From: Lytechinus pictus
Taxonomy: Eukaryota
Assembly (NCBI RefSeq): GCF_037042905.1
Contig: NC_087245.1
Span: 12,524,001 to 12,588,000 of the forward strand
Direction of reading: 5' to 3'
DNA length: 64,000 nt
Shown here: in pieces, positions 1 to 13,405 of the stretch
Position numbering within the stretch: position 1 is the first letter of the stretch
How the letters are laid out: each line of letters starts with the position of its first letter
Made by a program: the position numbers and the translations under genes
Notes under the pieces: generated by a model
What the model was told of the DNA's origin: nothing
Database searches by the model: none
Seen by the model: only the letters and a program-made list of their open reading frames with translations

Positions 1-205
1 TCGGCCGATAAATCCTTTTAAGTCGTAAAGGTGTTCCAAACAATGATGCATTGCGACTATTTACATGGAAAACTTGGTACAGCTGACGGGAAAAATTTCG
101 ACAGGGCGCTGCCATATTGGTTAGATCAATCTACTCGCGAGAGGGAGCTATGCGGAGATCAGTCGTCCTGCTTGCGAATTTACCATCAACAAACAGTGTA
201 CATAA

Positions 206-760
206 TCATCTTGCATCATCATCTTGCATCATCATCATCATCATCACCATCATCGTCATCATCGTCATCATCATCATCATCATCGTCATCATCGTCATGA
301 TCATCATCATCATCTTGCCCCTTCTTGCATCATCATCATCATCTTACATCAAAAGAGTCATCATCATCATAAATTATCATCACCATCATGCATCATCATC
401 ATCACCATCATCAATCATCATCAACATCATCATCATGCATCATCATCATTATCATCATCATCGTCGTCATCATCTTACATTACATCATCATCATCTGCGT
501 CATCATCATCATTATCATCATCATCATCATCACCATCACCACCATCATCATCATCACTTCCCCGTCTCCATCGTCATCAGAAACAGTACCATCATCGTCG
601 TCAACATCATTGTAACCATCATCACTGCCTTCATACATGTAACATATACCGTCAAAAACATTTACAACACCCTCAACAACCACAATATCCTACCAACAAC
701 ACTACCACCGCTGTCACCGCCGCCACATGCAGTACGCCGATTATTATCATTAACAAATCT
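206..760. repeat. Degenerate (CAT/ATC)n trinucleotide low-complexity tract
   Basis: Long run of catcatcat with cac/cgt variants; it produces the poly-His, poly-Ser and poly-Ile ORFs in all three frames. Confidence 0.95.
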
Positions 761-3599
761 TATACTGTAGGAGTTTTTATGTTCCTGCATGGGTAATAAA
801 CTAATTACAAACCATAGGCCCCTATATTATATAGCAACCAAACAAACACACTGGTGTGTCAGCTGCCCCCCCCAAAAAAAAAATGTCTTTACCTCGTAAA
901 AGAAAATTACGTTCAATTCTGCTTCCAGTGGTTCTTCAATACAAGCGTAGGGGACAAATTTGCCCTGAAGCGAGCACAAAATACTTGTGCATGCTCTGTG
1001 GCACGGACCAAGGATATTGTTAATGACTTTCCAAGAAATATGATATTCTTTTTTTATCTGTTCAATTTTGATATCATGACTTGACGTGCTTCATATCTCT
1101 TCAAATATTTTCATTATATTCAGCTGCCGATTCGTGAACCAGCTCATTCCACCGTGAGAACCTTCTTTTATTTCCACGGATTTAAGAAGAAATCTGCCAT
1201 GACAGTCGAGATCAGAGCTGACATTAATATCTAAAATTATTTAGATTCAAATATATTAGATTGAAATCTAAATCCAGTGTTTTCGACTGGTCACTATTCA
1301 CAGCCAATTTGTATTTATTCTAACCCCATGAATTTAAACTTTATAAAGGTGTGCCAGCCCCCGGCCTTTTGTCAGTATCTCTTCGATGGTATTGTAATAA
1401 TAAAACTGTAAGGCCTATACTCATATTAACATTTCAGAATAATTTAAATCCTCATCTTCTTGCATAGTCGAGGCAAGAGATTGTGAGCTCTTTTTTTTTC
1501 ATTATAACTGAACAAGCAAAGCAATAGTGAGCCCCGGCACCCCAATAAAATCAAATAGTTAAAAAAAATTAATTCCAAATTCTATTCAGGTAAAAAGGTA
1601 TAATCGGTCAGATATTTAAAAAAAATAATGATGCTTTAAAATTACAATGGTATAACAATACATGAATAAAATTGTATTTTTAACATCTGTTTAATTGAAC
1701 GCCATCGTAATTTTTTTTTCATAATGGTTTGATGGCCATCTGTTTTGTTTATTTCTACTATATATTTCACTAGTAAAGAATAATTATAGTCTGGAAAACA
1801 CCCAACAAATTTACTGGTAGAAGTAATGCTTATGAAGTGGTTATTGTGTTCCGTTACTTTGTAGTGTTAATTTAAAATTTGGAACGCAATGCGAGTCCGT
1901 TGAAAGAGCTGTATAAAAATTTATTCATTTTTTTATATAGCATATTGCATTGTAAAACTGTAAAAACACAACATGGTCACTGTTTATCCAAACCAGATTT
2001 TCTCAGAAGATATAGTAAGCATGGTCAGGGCATGGTCATTGTCTGACATTTTTCTAGATTAATATTAGCTAATATCATATCCATAAATTTAGTAAGACCA
2101 CCACACACCTTATACGATATAAGCTGTGACCCGATTTGGAATAAAACGGAGTACAATAATGATGATAATATTGAGACATGGAATGTCTTACTATATGTAA
2201 TGTTCTAATTTATCGTACGGATCCTTATGTTCAAATTTGTGACTATCCTATTATTCTTATTAGAATAAAAAACGAATTTAATATCTAGTCGCAATGACGT
2301 CATAGCAATCGTACATTGGCTATTATTTGAAACTAATCTGGCCTTTACTCAAAATAAAGGCTTGTAATCATCTAAAAGTGTTATGTTAGTCTTCTTTCAG
2401 TTAATTTGGACCTCAAATAAAAAGGTAGTTTTCGTTCACATTTTCAGAAAATTAGCAAAATGCGATTTGTTCCAATGTTCCAAAAGGAGAACGTGGACCA
2501 ACCGCAAGATGTGCGTGCGCGGGAGGCCTTTAATTAGCAAAATATTTGGCAGTGAGTAATGACCAGACCCGGTGACAAATATTTTCTAGTCCACGGACAC
2601 AATAAGCTGAGTTTATGGTATTTGCTTAAAAGAAATCCACGATGAGGATTGTTTAGTCAGACGATTTAAGAGGAATCTGAGTCTATGATGATAATCATAT
2701 ATTCCAGCTCCTGCCAAAATTATGATTTTGTGACACAAATTCAGACTTCTATACTGCTGTGTATAATCATAACCGTATATGGCATTTTGTGCAGAGACCG
2801 GGGCAGAGACGCAAGAATAATTATGTTAATGTAAGCGAGAGGGCGAAACAATCGAGTTTATATCACGCACAAAAAAAAATCTTGTGCACACTTTACATGA
2901 TTGTTTTTATAAAATTGCAACAAAAATAGGGGATAGGTCCTATTTCGGGGAGGGCAACTTCCTCCTCTACCCGGTCTTACTTTATTCGTGTTATTCAAAA
3001 GATGTAGGTCTATGTAAATATCAAACCATGCAAAGAGCGTATAGAATCCCCTTGTTGATGGCCATGATATCTTCTGGAATGTAATTTTCTCCAAACTGGA
3101 AATCGGATTAGTGCATATTGTGTCAACGAATATAAAATAATTATCGATTTTTAAAATCTAATTCATACTTGTTAAGGAAAGGCACCCGAAACCCTCATCA
3201 GGTGGATGTCCTAAAGTAAAATGATGGAGGGGCGATTGCTACGAAGTATTGGTAGTAGAGTACACCATTATGTACACCATAACGTCAAAGAGGGGTCACA
3301 GCGTCACTGTGTGTGTGTGCGTGCGTGTGCGTGGGGCGTTGTTATTATTTTGATGTAACTGATTCACGACCCATCTCTCTCTTATTTTAAATTTAATACT
3401 CTCCTTCCTTTCATCCCGCCATCATTCCCCCTTTTCTCCTGCTTTTCCCACAACTACTTGAAAAATCATTGACCGTCATGCACCCGCATGCCCCTGTAGA
3501 GCTGCCCCTATCTTTAAAGTAAAAATTACCTATACGTGCATCAACATGTCTCCTTTTCATGAATTAAAAAAAAAGTTTTAAAAATATGCGTGTTTACAT

Positions 3600-3780
3600 T
3601 TTCTGTGTTCTTTGAAGGCTAACCCCTGTGACTCGATTGGACGCGCACGACTTGCGAATCTCAATGGTTGTGTAGTGCGGTGTGCGAGCGAGGATGCACC
3701 CGACCACCAAACCAAACTCTTTTCCGCCACTCGGCTCACTGTGCTTGGCGACCCCCTCGGGCAACACACACTGCTAAGCT
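3600..3780 (+). promoter_or_regulatory. Probable promoter/TSS region of the p75NTR gene
   Basis: Locally CpG/GC-rich segment with an inverted CCAAT box (ATTGG 3636-3640), about 0.6-0.75 kb upstream of the ATG at 4359. No splice acceptor is required between it and the ATG. The TSS position is inferred. Confidence 0.45.
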
Positions 3781-4358
3781 GCTCTACATTGACTTCATCA
3801 CTTCACCCTTGTTTGTGTATTGTGGGTTTGCGTGTTTGATACCCGTGAAGTTTTATTGTACCTCATAAATCCAACCGGATCGCACACTTTTCGTCCATCC
3901 AACCAAATTAACTTTTGTCATTGTATTCTTTCTGCCTGTGAATAATATTGCTCTTCTCTCGCTGATAATAAAAGATTTCTACACGTTTTGGGAACTCCAC
4001 ATAACACCGTTTGTGATAATCTGTTAATGGATGTTATCCGTCTTGAATGTTTAAAAACACAAGACTGAATTGATAAGAGATACCCTCTTATCGTCAGCTT
4101 CGGATACTCGCGCCCGTTTCTTTTATTTTTGGACTAAATCCCAGCAATAAGGACCTACGGTGCAACATAGTTAGCAAGGAGGTGTACTTTTGGTACCAAA
4201 CTATTTTGAAAATCGCTCCTGAAATCATAATCCATATGCCTACTGTTGAAACCCGTGAGCAGTTCACTACAGCCACAAAAAGAAGATATTATCAATCGAT
4301 CTTCGTGGAATAGTTATCAAGCAGACCTGTTATCAAGGCCTGGAAGACACCAAAGATC

Positions 4359-4445
4359 ATGGATCATTTCTTGAGGAATCGTGTTTTGGTGACTTTCCTG
4401 GTAGGGGCTTTTCTGATTACCTGTGTAAGGGCAACGAACCTGACG
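4359..4445 (+). CDS. NGFR: p75NTR/NGFR coding exon 1 (signal peptide MDHFLRNRVLVTFLVGAFLITCVRA-TNLT)
   Basis: ATG preceded by an in-frame TAG (4311-4313); n/h/c signal peptide ending VRA; strong donor ACG|GTGAGT at 4446; phase 0 joins exon 2 in frame (ACC ACA ATG). Confidence 0.8.
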
Positions 4446-7410
4446 GTGAGTGATAGCTTTATTTTCAAAGGTATAACTAGCAAGAAAGAGGATGGGTTTT
4501 TATTCAGTTTATACCCTTAAATGTTTTTTTAAATGTAATTTACATGTATATTTATGTTTGTACGTTCGTCGTTTGTTTGTATCTTTGTCCATTTTTAAAT
4601 GCACTACTTTACCAAGACATCCACGTACATTAATTGCGACACCACCACCATCTTTACTTCTTATGTGTAATGAACGATATAGCTTTGATATCAAAGTTCC
4701 AACATGCCAATAAGGAACTAAATGGATAACATTTCATTTTACTACAATTGTAAACACTCTCCCTCTGTCACCACTTTAACTCTGCGTCACACCCGACCCC
4801 CTTTGCATTACCCTTTCCTTCAAACCTCAACTCCTTAACAATTTACAAGAATGAAATACGTGGAAGATCTAATGAGGAACAGGCCGGGGAAACAAGGTAC
4901 CAGTTGGCAAAGAGACAGCTTCTATCTCGTTTTCGATCCATTGATCTTTAAATGATTTCTCTGAAGTTCTAGATTTGGTTTAGAGTTAGCCATATTTTCC
5001 TTCTTTTGATGTAGTATACCACGTATTGGTTTCTGATTTTGAACCACCAAAATTGTCATTGCATGCATAAAAAATAGGTCAATCTGAATTTGGACTGCTT
5101 ATCACGCTAAGACATTCCCGCTTGTATAAAGGATTATGATATTTTAGATCAAGGAGTAGAAGAGGGGGCAGACAGACAGAGGAGACAGAGAGATAGAGAG
5201 ATCCAATCATCAATATTTCCGCCGTCATGTCGAACAACTTTTGATTTTAAATGAAATCGAAATGATAAAACCAATATTTGGTTTTTCTCTCAAGTCTCAC
5301 CCTATACTTTGTAAATCCCCCGATCCTCGTAAACATGGTAAACTCGATCAGCTACCGGTAATCCCCACGAACTCATTAGTTAAAAAAAAATCCTATTTTG
5401 GTAGTCGACTTATTATTTCTTTTGAACTTATGGACTGCCTATCATTATTTCTTTATGTATATAATTCATGTTTCATGTGAAATGTATCGCGGTAACACAG
5501 AGGTACCGTTTAATTGCTGCATGGCATTCCGAATAATCCCGTTTGCAGAAAAAAAAAACCTTACAGAAATTCTTACAAGAGAGACGATGCAAACACGGAG
5601 AAAGAGAAATAGAAGGGGGCTTGATGTTGAATTTTCATATTCAATATTCCTTTGGGTATACCGCTTTTTACGGAATGTACTTTCCATCGAAGAATAATTA
5701 TGTAAAAGATTTGCTTCCGTGGAAGCGCTTATGGTAAAATTAAGTCAGGGAAATGGGAATAGAGGGTAAAAGAGAATTCTAGGTTGATGATTTCGTCTGA
5801 AAAGTGTCCAACGTTCATGACATAGTACTAGCTGCTTTGTGTGCCAGTACTACTTATGCGTTAAAATACATTTTTAAATATGAGAACTGAATTTAATGAT
5901 ACCATTTTACAAAACTCAATGAATCTCTAACTATACATGTACATGTATTTCCTTTTAGCCCACAAAATACTTTGAATTCAGCAGCTCATTGTAGCTACTT
6001 GTCTTTGATTCTATTCATTCAAGTGCAACATGCAATTCATGTATGTAGATTGTATATTATTTGGTGAAATTCATTTATATTCATGGTGTCAGGGGCGGAC
6101 CCGGGATTTACACCCCAAAGTTAACACTCCACCTAATTCGGTCATAAATAATGCCTATCCAAAAACAAATCAAATTTAACAATGGGCATAAGATGAGGGC
6201 ACCGCTATTTATCATAGACAACCATTAATTTATATCTTTGAGATAAATGAGGCATTTTCCCTGCACCATCCCCCTCTCTGGACCTGCACGTGCAAGATTA
6301 TTTTTGTCCTAAAACTGACCACCTGCAAGTATCGGATCGATCGTTGATACTTCCGACAGGTCGACAGCATGAAGTGATTTTTACACCCTGGTAACACCTA
6401 GCAGTGGTATTAACACCCCGACTGAACACCTTGATCCGCGTATAGAGATTGTGAGTCATCAATGATTATCTATCGTTCACCATGCTACCACCAATAGTTC
6501 GAAATGTAAAGTCAGGAAGCTCATCAACTCAAATCAGGTGCGCTTGGTGGAATTTATCTAAGATATGCAATGTTCATAGAAAACGTAAAAAAAGGAGAGA
6601 AAAACTCGGAGAATGGCGAAAGTATGAAAGGCTAAACGAATTAGGTGTCATCTTCACCTGTAGGTATAGACCGTCATTGTATTTACAGATTTTGAATAGA
6701 TCCAGTCACTGAAAATCTGGTTGACACTTGGATATCTATTAGTATTATTTAAAGCTAAAGCGATGGTCAGGAATTTACATGAGGAATATGCCTAATATAC
6801 TGCTAAATTATTTGATTGGTTGATTGATTGATGGATGGATGGAATGATTTATGAATCGATTGATTGATACTATGCACTAATTTTTAACGATTCCTCTTTA
6901 CAAGTACTGTTTGGTGGCGATTGTTTCTGTTTTGGTTATCTATACATTAACTAATAAAAGGAGGCATCAAGCACTGATTGTTGTCAACATCATGGACGCT
7001 GAGAAGTTAATTGAAATATTTTGAAGATCGTATGCCATAAAGGTTATCATGACAAGAGGGTTCCAAACCTTTGGAAAGCAGAGAGCATGGCGGATTCATT
7101 CAAGGCGATGAGAATTGAAGTTCATTATTGGAGCAATGTCTATTGTACTCGGGAGGGTAATTATCGGCAGAGATGAAAGAAAGCGACAAGATAATAAAGG
7201 GGGACTGCGCGGTGATTAAAGATGATTGTCGGGCAAAAATATCAGGCTTGTGAATTATGTGCCATGCTTATGTTGTAAATTATAACATGAATCATTCATT
7301 AGGATAAAAGGTATCCTGGATGGGTATCAATGTAATATGAGATAGTTTATAATATAAAGTGAGCAAAGACGGTTTTAAAGTTGATGATAAACGCGACTGA
7401 AATAAGATTA

Positions 7411-7413
<3 letters not shown>

Positions 7414-7488
<75 letters not shown>
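7414..7488. repeat. (TA)n microsatellite
   Basis: About 75 bp of near-perfect TA dinucleotide. Confidence 0.95.
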
Positions 7489-7496
<8 letters not shown>

Positions 7497-10189
7497 CAAT
7501 TCAAAGGTTAATCTAGTTAAGGTTGGCATGGTTGGGCAAAACTAGGCTTCTTTTTTATCAGAGAGAACCAAAAGTTGATGAGCAAGTTTTGGGATGTGAT
7601 TTCATTAGCTATTTTATACTTCTTGCTTTCTGAGTAAGCAAAAAAAATCTACCAAAAAAAAAAGAGAGAAAATATGGAATGGCTAATACAATATGAATGT
7701 CAGATACTGGGCTCAAGTTTACAAAAATCATGAAAATAATTTCTTAAAGTGATTTCAAATATTATGACTTAAGATATTTATAAAATGACATATCAAAAAT
7801 GTAGATCTTTATATTAGGTTTACAGATCATGAATCTACCTATTATTTACATAACTTATCAGAATATTATATCACAAAATCATCAAACGATAATTTTCCTA
7901 CTAAAAGCGAATGATTCGTGATGGCTGATAAGTATTATATTCACGGTATTTGTGTTGAATTAGTAAACTATAACCGGGGTAAATAAAACGATAATATATC
8001 TCTGAAAATACGCGAGATATATCTAGGTGTCATTGTTATCATTATTATTATTATTATTATTATCATTAAGTTATTGCTATTGATATTCCTGTAATATTAT
8101 TCATTTAATTTTATTAACAACATCCAAGGTCTATATATTTGGATTATTCAAATACCCTTCGAAAGGTCACGCTTGAGCAATAGAACAAATTGTATTTATT
8201 ATTCATTGAATATTTAACTCATAACTCCTTCTCGCTCTTTTTTCCCGTAGAAGCGTTAGATAGTTTTCTATATCGGCATTATGAATTCAGAATAATTTAT
8301 AACGCGTACATCTGTAAAGGCGTTTTGTTGTCAAGACCACCTGTAAAAACTATGAATGTGTAACGACGGGCATGTGTGATATATAACAAGGGAATGATGG
8401 GAGGGGTATTATGGGATATATCGAAAAGATGAAGGTGAGAAGGGAGATGTGATGGGCAGGTGAAGTAAAGGTGTTGAATAAGAAATTGAGGCTTATCATG
8501 AGAGAGAGAGAGAGAGAGAGAGGGGGGAGAGGGGTATAATACAACCTAGAATGTATTAAAGATTGATTACTGGAATGCGTCATTAATGACATTGATCAAA
8601 TCAATCTACATGGGTTAACAAACTATTTAGGTAAGCGATTTTATTTTCCAGTTACAAAAATGAAGGAGCAATTTCCTACAACTCCCTAAAATAAAATCAA
8701 CATTAACGTTACAATCCATGAAAGTTTCAACAAGTGAATGTATAAGGAGCAATGTAAGTATTCGAATGGATCCTCTGTCATGTTGGGTACATTCCGCTCC
8801 ACCAACGCACCGCGGAGAGTTATTAATCTAGAGTAGATCGAGACAAAGGGAATGGAATTAGGCATTCTAGCGGCATTTCTAGCGATGACTTATGATGCGA
8901 TAGGTATGATATCATCGTAGAGAGACCATCTAATTGAAAAGACAAAAACCGATGGCAAAATCACCATCTCGATGGAGGGAAAGAAATAATGAAACGCTGG
9001 GGTGACGAAAATGAACTCGCTCATCCAACATAACAAAACAAAAACAAACCGCCTAAGTAGACACAAAATATCACGTGACTTGCCGGCTTAATAACATCGG
9101 CAGACATCAGACAGAATTTAGAACGGGGGACGAGGGAAAGAGGGAGAAAGTTTATTACGAATTGGAAATGGAAAACAATAAACAAGAAATTGATGACTAA
9201 TCGCACGCGCGCTCTCGTGTACGCTCTGCCGCTGCACTTTTATAGATCTACCCATTTCCAACTCTCAGCAGCATTGTGCTTGTACCATTTCTCGTCTGCC
9301 ATCTTTCTTTCTTCCTTTCTCTCTCTCTCTATATATATATAGATCCATCTTTCTTCTTCCTCCACATTGTAATGTGTACAAATACTGAGAAATGTACAAG
9401 CGACTGAAAAGAGCGAGTCCCGGAAAGAATAAAACGTTTAATTTTTCAAAGACCGTGCAGGAAGGTTAGCCCTTTCCACGGGAAAGAGGATACCTACCTG
9501 TAAAAAAAAACAGGTTGAATGATTTAAATATTCAATGGAACTAAATGAAACATAGCCTATGCTTTTGCAACATTAGTTGTTTTTTTAAATATGATTAATT
9601 ACTAGATTTTTATTCAAACGGGGTCATATGAAATTTCTTCGTTCTTTTTCGAAATGCGTCAACCGCTAACTCCAAACAGTATATGGTACCGAACTGATTT
9701 TCATTTCACTATTTTTTTTTAACTTTTATCTACAAATACAAAACAGATTGAGCTTTAAATTATGACATCTCTTTATTATTTTATCTGATGATAGTTACAT
9801 TCACCTGTTACCTTTAAATTCAACGTTTTTCATGCTCTTATGGTTCTGTTTTACATGAATATTCAGTCTAAAACTATTACAATTTTCTTTCATATTTTGC
9901 TGTACATTGAAAAGTGAGTGTAAAAAATGTTCTCTATAGAAATCATGTGCAATATAGGCCAACTGTCGATACCATTATCACTTATTTTTCCACCTTTTTA
10001 TTGTTTTCCTTTTCTTATGAAACATCAACTTCTCTCTTCCCCATGTCCACTCCCCCCCCCCCCCCCCCCGTTTTCCCCTATTTATTCACAATATTTTTAT
10101 TACCTCGTCACATGCATAGTACGTATCAGATGGAACTAATTAAGGATGATTTTGATGCGTTTGATAATTAATTTAAATGAGAAGTATGC

Positions 10190-10340
10190 AAAATGACGTC
10201 ACCCCCAATGAGCCTTACGCGGCATCCCCGATGCAAGATTATAAAAAGAACCCGACGAAATTGCACTCCCATCAAAAGATCGAGAAATAACCAATCAAAT
10301 TGTCTTCTCATTACGCGTTGCTAGGCAACCAGGTCTGACG
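10190..10340. promoter_or_regulatory. Candidate intronic enhancer (CRE + CCAAT + RFX X-box)
   Basis: TGACGTCA 10194-10201, CCAATCA 10291-10297 and GTTGCTAGGCAAC 10317-10329 within 140 bp. Motif match only. Confidence 0.4.
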
Positions 10341-10559
10341 CCGTGTACAGCATGCCAAACTGAGAAGCAAAGCCATTCTCCAAAATCTCTCTCTCTCTCT
10401 CTCTCTCTTTCACTCACATTTTATCTTTCTTCGTAATTCTTTATTTATTATTGTAATACCTGCCAAGTTCTGCCCATCCCCTTTTCATCTCCCTTTCCCT
10501 CCTTGCACTGGAAGTTTTTCTCTATCTAATATTTGCCCCCTGTTCTCTGGATGCACTAC

Positions 10560-11178
10560 TTAAAGGGAAAGTCTACCCCCAACAAAAAGTTGATTTAGAT
10601 AAGAGAAAAATCAACCAAGCATAACACTGAAAATTTCATCAAAACCGGATGTGAAATAAGAAATTTATGTCTTTTTTTAATGTTTCGCTTAATATCACAA
10701 AAAAAGTTTGATGCACATCCTGGCTGATATGCAAATGAGAGGATGACATCACATACTCAGCGTTCCTTTTGTTTTTCCATACATGGTTTATGTAAGATAT
10801 TATAATTTTCTCCATATTGACTTCTTAAACAAACTATTTGTCAGGAATGTTATGTTCTCATTGATTATGTGGAATTACCATTATATTGACCTTTTGTGGT
10901 ACAGGAGAATTCTTACTGTCAAGTCTGTAAAATTTAAAATGTATAATCATAGGATTAAAAACAAAAGAAATAGTGAGTGAGTGACATCATCGACTCTCTC
11001 ATTTGCATGTCACTGAGTTGTGCATGTAATTTTTTGTGAAAAATAAGCGAAAATTTAGAATATCATATAATCTTTATATTTTACATCCTATTTTGATGAA
11101 ATTTTAACGATTATGCTTGTTTTCACTTTTCTCCGTTGATTGAAATAAACTTTTTCTGGGGTGGGCTTGATCTTTGAA
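10560..11178. mobile_element. Non-autonomous DNA transposon (MITE) with TTAA-AGG ends, Kolobok/piggyBac-like
   Basis: Left end TTAAAGGGAAAGTCTACCCC...AAAATTTCATCAAAA is matched by right end TTTTGATGAAATTTT...GGGGTGGGCTTGATCTTTGA; internal inverted sub-repeats (ATGCAAATGAGAG / CTCTCATTTGCAT). Confidence 0.75.
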
Positions 11179-12182
11179 AAAACTCTTTCTACAATAAGGT
11201 TATGGCAGCCGAAAGAAACCGATATACATGTAGCGGGAGAAACAGACAGAGAGGCAGGCATAGAGCACACAGTGAAATTCTGTTACGATATTTAAGTTAA
11301 AATGGTACTCCAATTTCAAAGTCATAAAATATTCATAATAGTTTCATTTCGATTCCCTTCATAATTTATTATTATCAATTCCCAGAGAAGTTGAATATCT
11401 GAAATGGAATTCGTGCTTCTTCCTTTTTATTCAAACTACCCGCATGCGTGTGAAGAAACATCTGACCGAAATAAAATTGTTTGAAATACGACAGAGAAAT
11501 CCTCATAGTGGGTATGGATGAATTAAGATTCATCCATGGTCTTGATCAGTAAGAAATGAATTTCATCATTAGGGAATGATGATTTTTTTAAATTATGTTG
11601 AAATTTTAAAAAAGTGGGACATTAAAAAAATAGATTCGTTGGCCTGATTACGTATAAAAAAAATTGCGACACTAACGACATGAACGAGGAATTACAAAAA
11701 AAAATGAAATAAATGTATAAAGATAAAAATAAGATATGCACCAGCTGCAGTGAATGTCAGACCTTTGTCGCTTTTGACAGATATTCAGGTTATGATCATG
11801 GGTAGAGTTGAAATTGTATACAATGAGAATTCGATAAAATCAGCAATAAACCAGATGGAATGGCGAATTGAACGAGAGACAAAGGGTTAACGAGTTACAG
11901 AATTCAAAGTGGCTTATTTTTCTGCTGTCGGGTCACGCTCGTGACCGCATAAAATGGCAGAAAGCTGCATTAAAATTCGAGTTTCTTGTTTGCCAGGACG
12001 CGATGTGTGACTGGAATATGGGACAAGCTTGTTTGCTGGCCAGCCTCAGAAAGAGGGGAGAGTGGTGCTCACTTTATAGGGGTTTTCAAGGATTTCATGT
12101 AGTCCCACGTATTCAACTTCATGTCGTTAAAGAGCGCATCTTGTCGAGAACACCGTATTGTCGACTGGACGAAGAAGATCTT

Positions 12183-12283
12183 GGCCCTGTCACATAAAGT
12201 TGTATAGGCCTAATTGATATTTACAACCACTTGCAACTAATTATTTGCCATAAACTTACAACAAACTTTCATGTTACAGGGCC
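12183..12283. mobile_element. Short MITE with GGCCC termini
   Basis: GGCCCTGTCACAT ... ATGTTACAGGGCC, a 12/13 inverted match; about 100 bp, non-coding. Confidence 0.6.
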
Positions 12284-12329
12284 CTGGGTATCCAAAAAAT
12301 ATTCATAAAGCTACTCAGAAAATAGTTAC

Positions 12330-13405
12330 AATTTGCCATGACAAAAGACTTTCGAAGGTGTCACACTAGAAAACGATGACCTAATCATATGAGACAACAA
12401 AAACGTGTTCAGCAATTTTGCTGTAGAAGATTGCTAAGACAATTCTTTCCCATTTTGTTCGATGACAATAAGGAAAGGCATTGAAAATGGAGGAGACAGA
12501 GAAGGTAACATGGTTCTTCCCAGTAGAAAGTTTTGAATGTATTAACTTGTGTAATATCTTTGAACAAAGACAGGACAAATGGTTTAATGGAAAGTCAATA
12601 TTATTAAGGGCTGTCGCACCTTACATCACATTTCTGTTATCCTTTAACGTGAAATTGATCAGTGGTGTAGAAGCATTATCCAAGTAACGGAATGGACTGG
12701 TATTTGGAGTGTCCTGGATGGAGGGTTGGATATGCACTTCGTCTGGTATAACAGTACTGACTCCCTTCCTCAGAGAGAGAGGGGGGGGGGGGAGAGAAAG
12801 GAAGGTCTTTGAGAATATCTTCAAGAGGTCTGAAGGCTGATGTTCTAGTTCAAAGCTAATACCTGATGACACTCACACACAAAATAAGTGGAATAGTATC
12901 TATCAAGTCACTGGACCAATTTGTACTTAAATCGTTGGACATGCATTCTTTTCGGTATGACTGACTGTCTGCCCATTGGGGAGAGGTCTTCGAGAATATC
13001 TCCAGGAATGCTATAGGATGGCGTTGATGTTCCACAACTTAAACATTGAAAAAAGATCAGTGGTAATATCCATGTCACAGAATTGATTTGTAGAATGTTC
13101 TGAATGGGAAGGTGGACATCCACTGCATTAGTACTACCGACTGTCTATCCTTTGGAGAGAGGTCTTTGAGAGTATGTTCAAGAATTCAAGAAGGTGGCAT
13201 TCTAGTTCATACATTTAACATGCATTGGCATCGAAGAGTGGTATAGCATTATCCATGTCACGGAATCGATTGGTATTTAGAGTGTTGTGAATTGAGGGTT
13301 GGACATGCACTCCATTTGGTTTGACTGACTGTCCATCCCTTTGAGAGGGAAGCCATCGAGAGTATCTTCAAGAATATTGTAAAGGATGGCGTTCTAGTTC
13401 ACCAA
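12330..13405 (+). mobile_element. Highly decayed non-LTR retrotransposon RT relic, 3' part present as four diverged tandem copies
   Basis: Frameshifted remnants resembling GFRxxHST-DHL, AIFFDxxKAYD and QExGVPQGxVL motifs; a 170-230 bp unit recurs at about 12661, 12887, 13058 and 13236. The tandem structure is clear; the RT origin is a weaker inference. Confidence 0.45.

Noticed and set aside
31-796. Long His-, Ser- and Ile-rich ORFs
   Set aside because: Artefacts of the (CAT)n tract, which lacks stops in all three + frames; no splice or coding signature.
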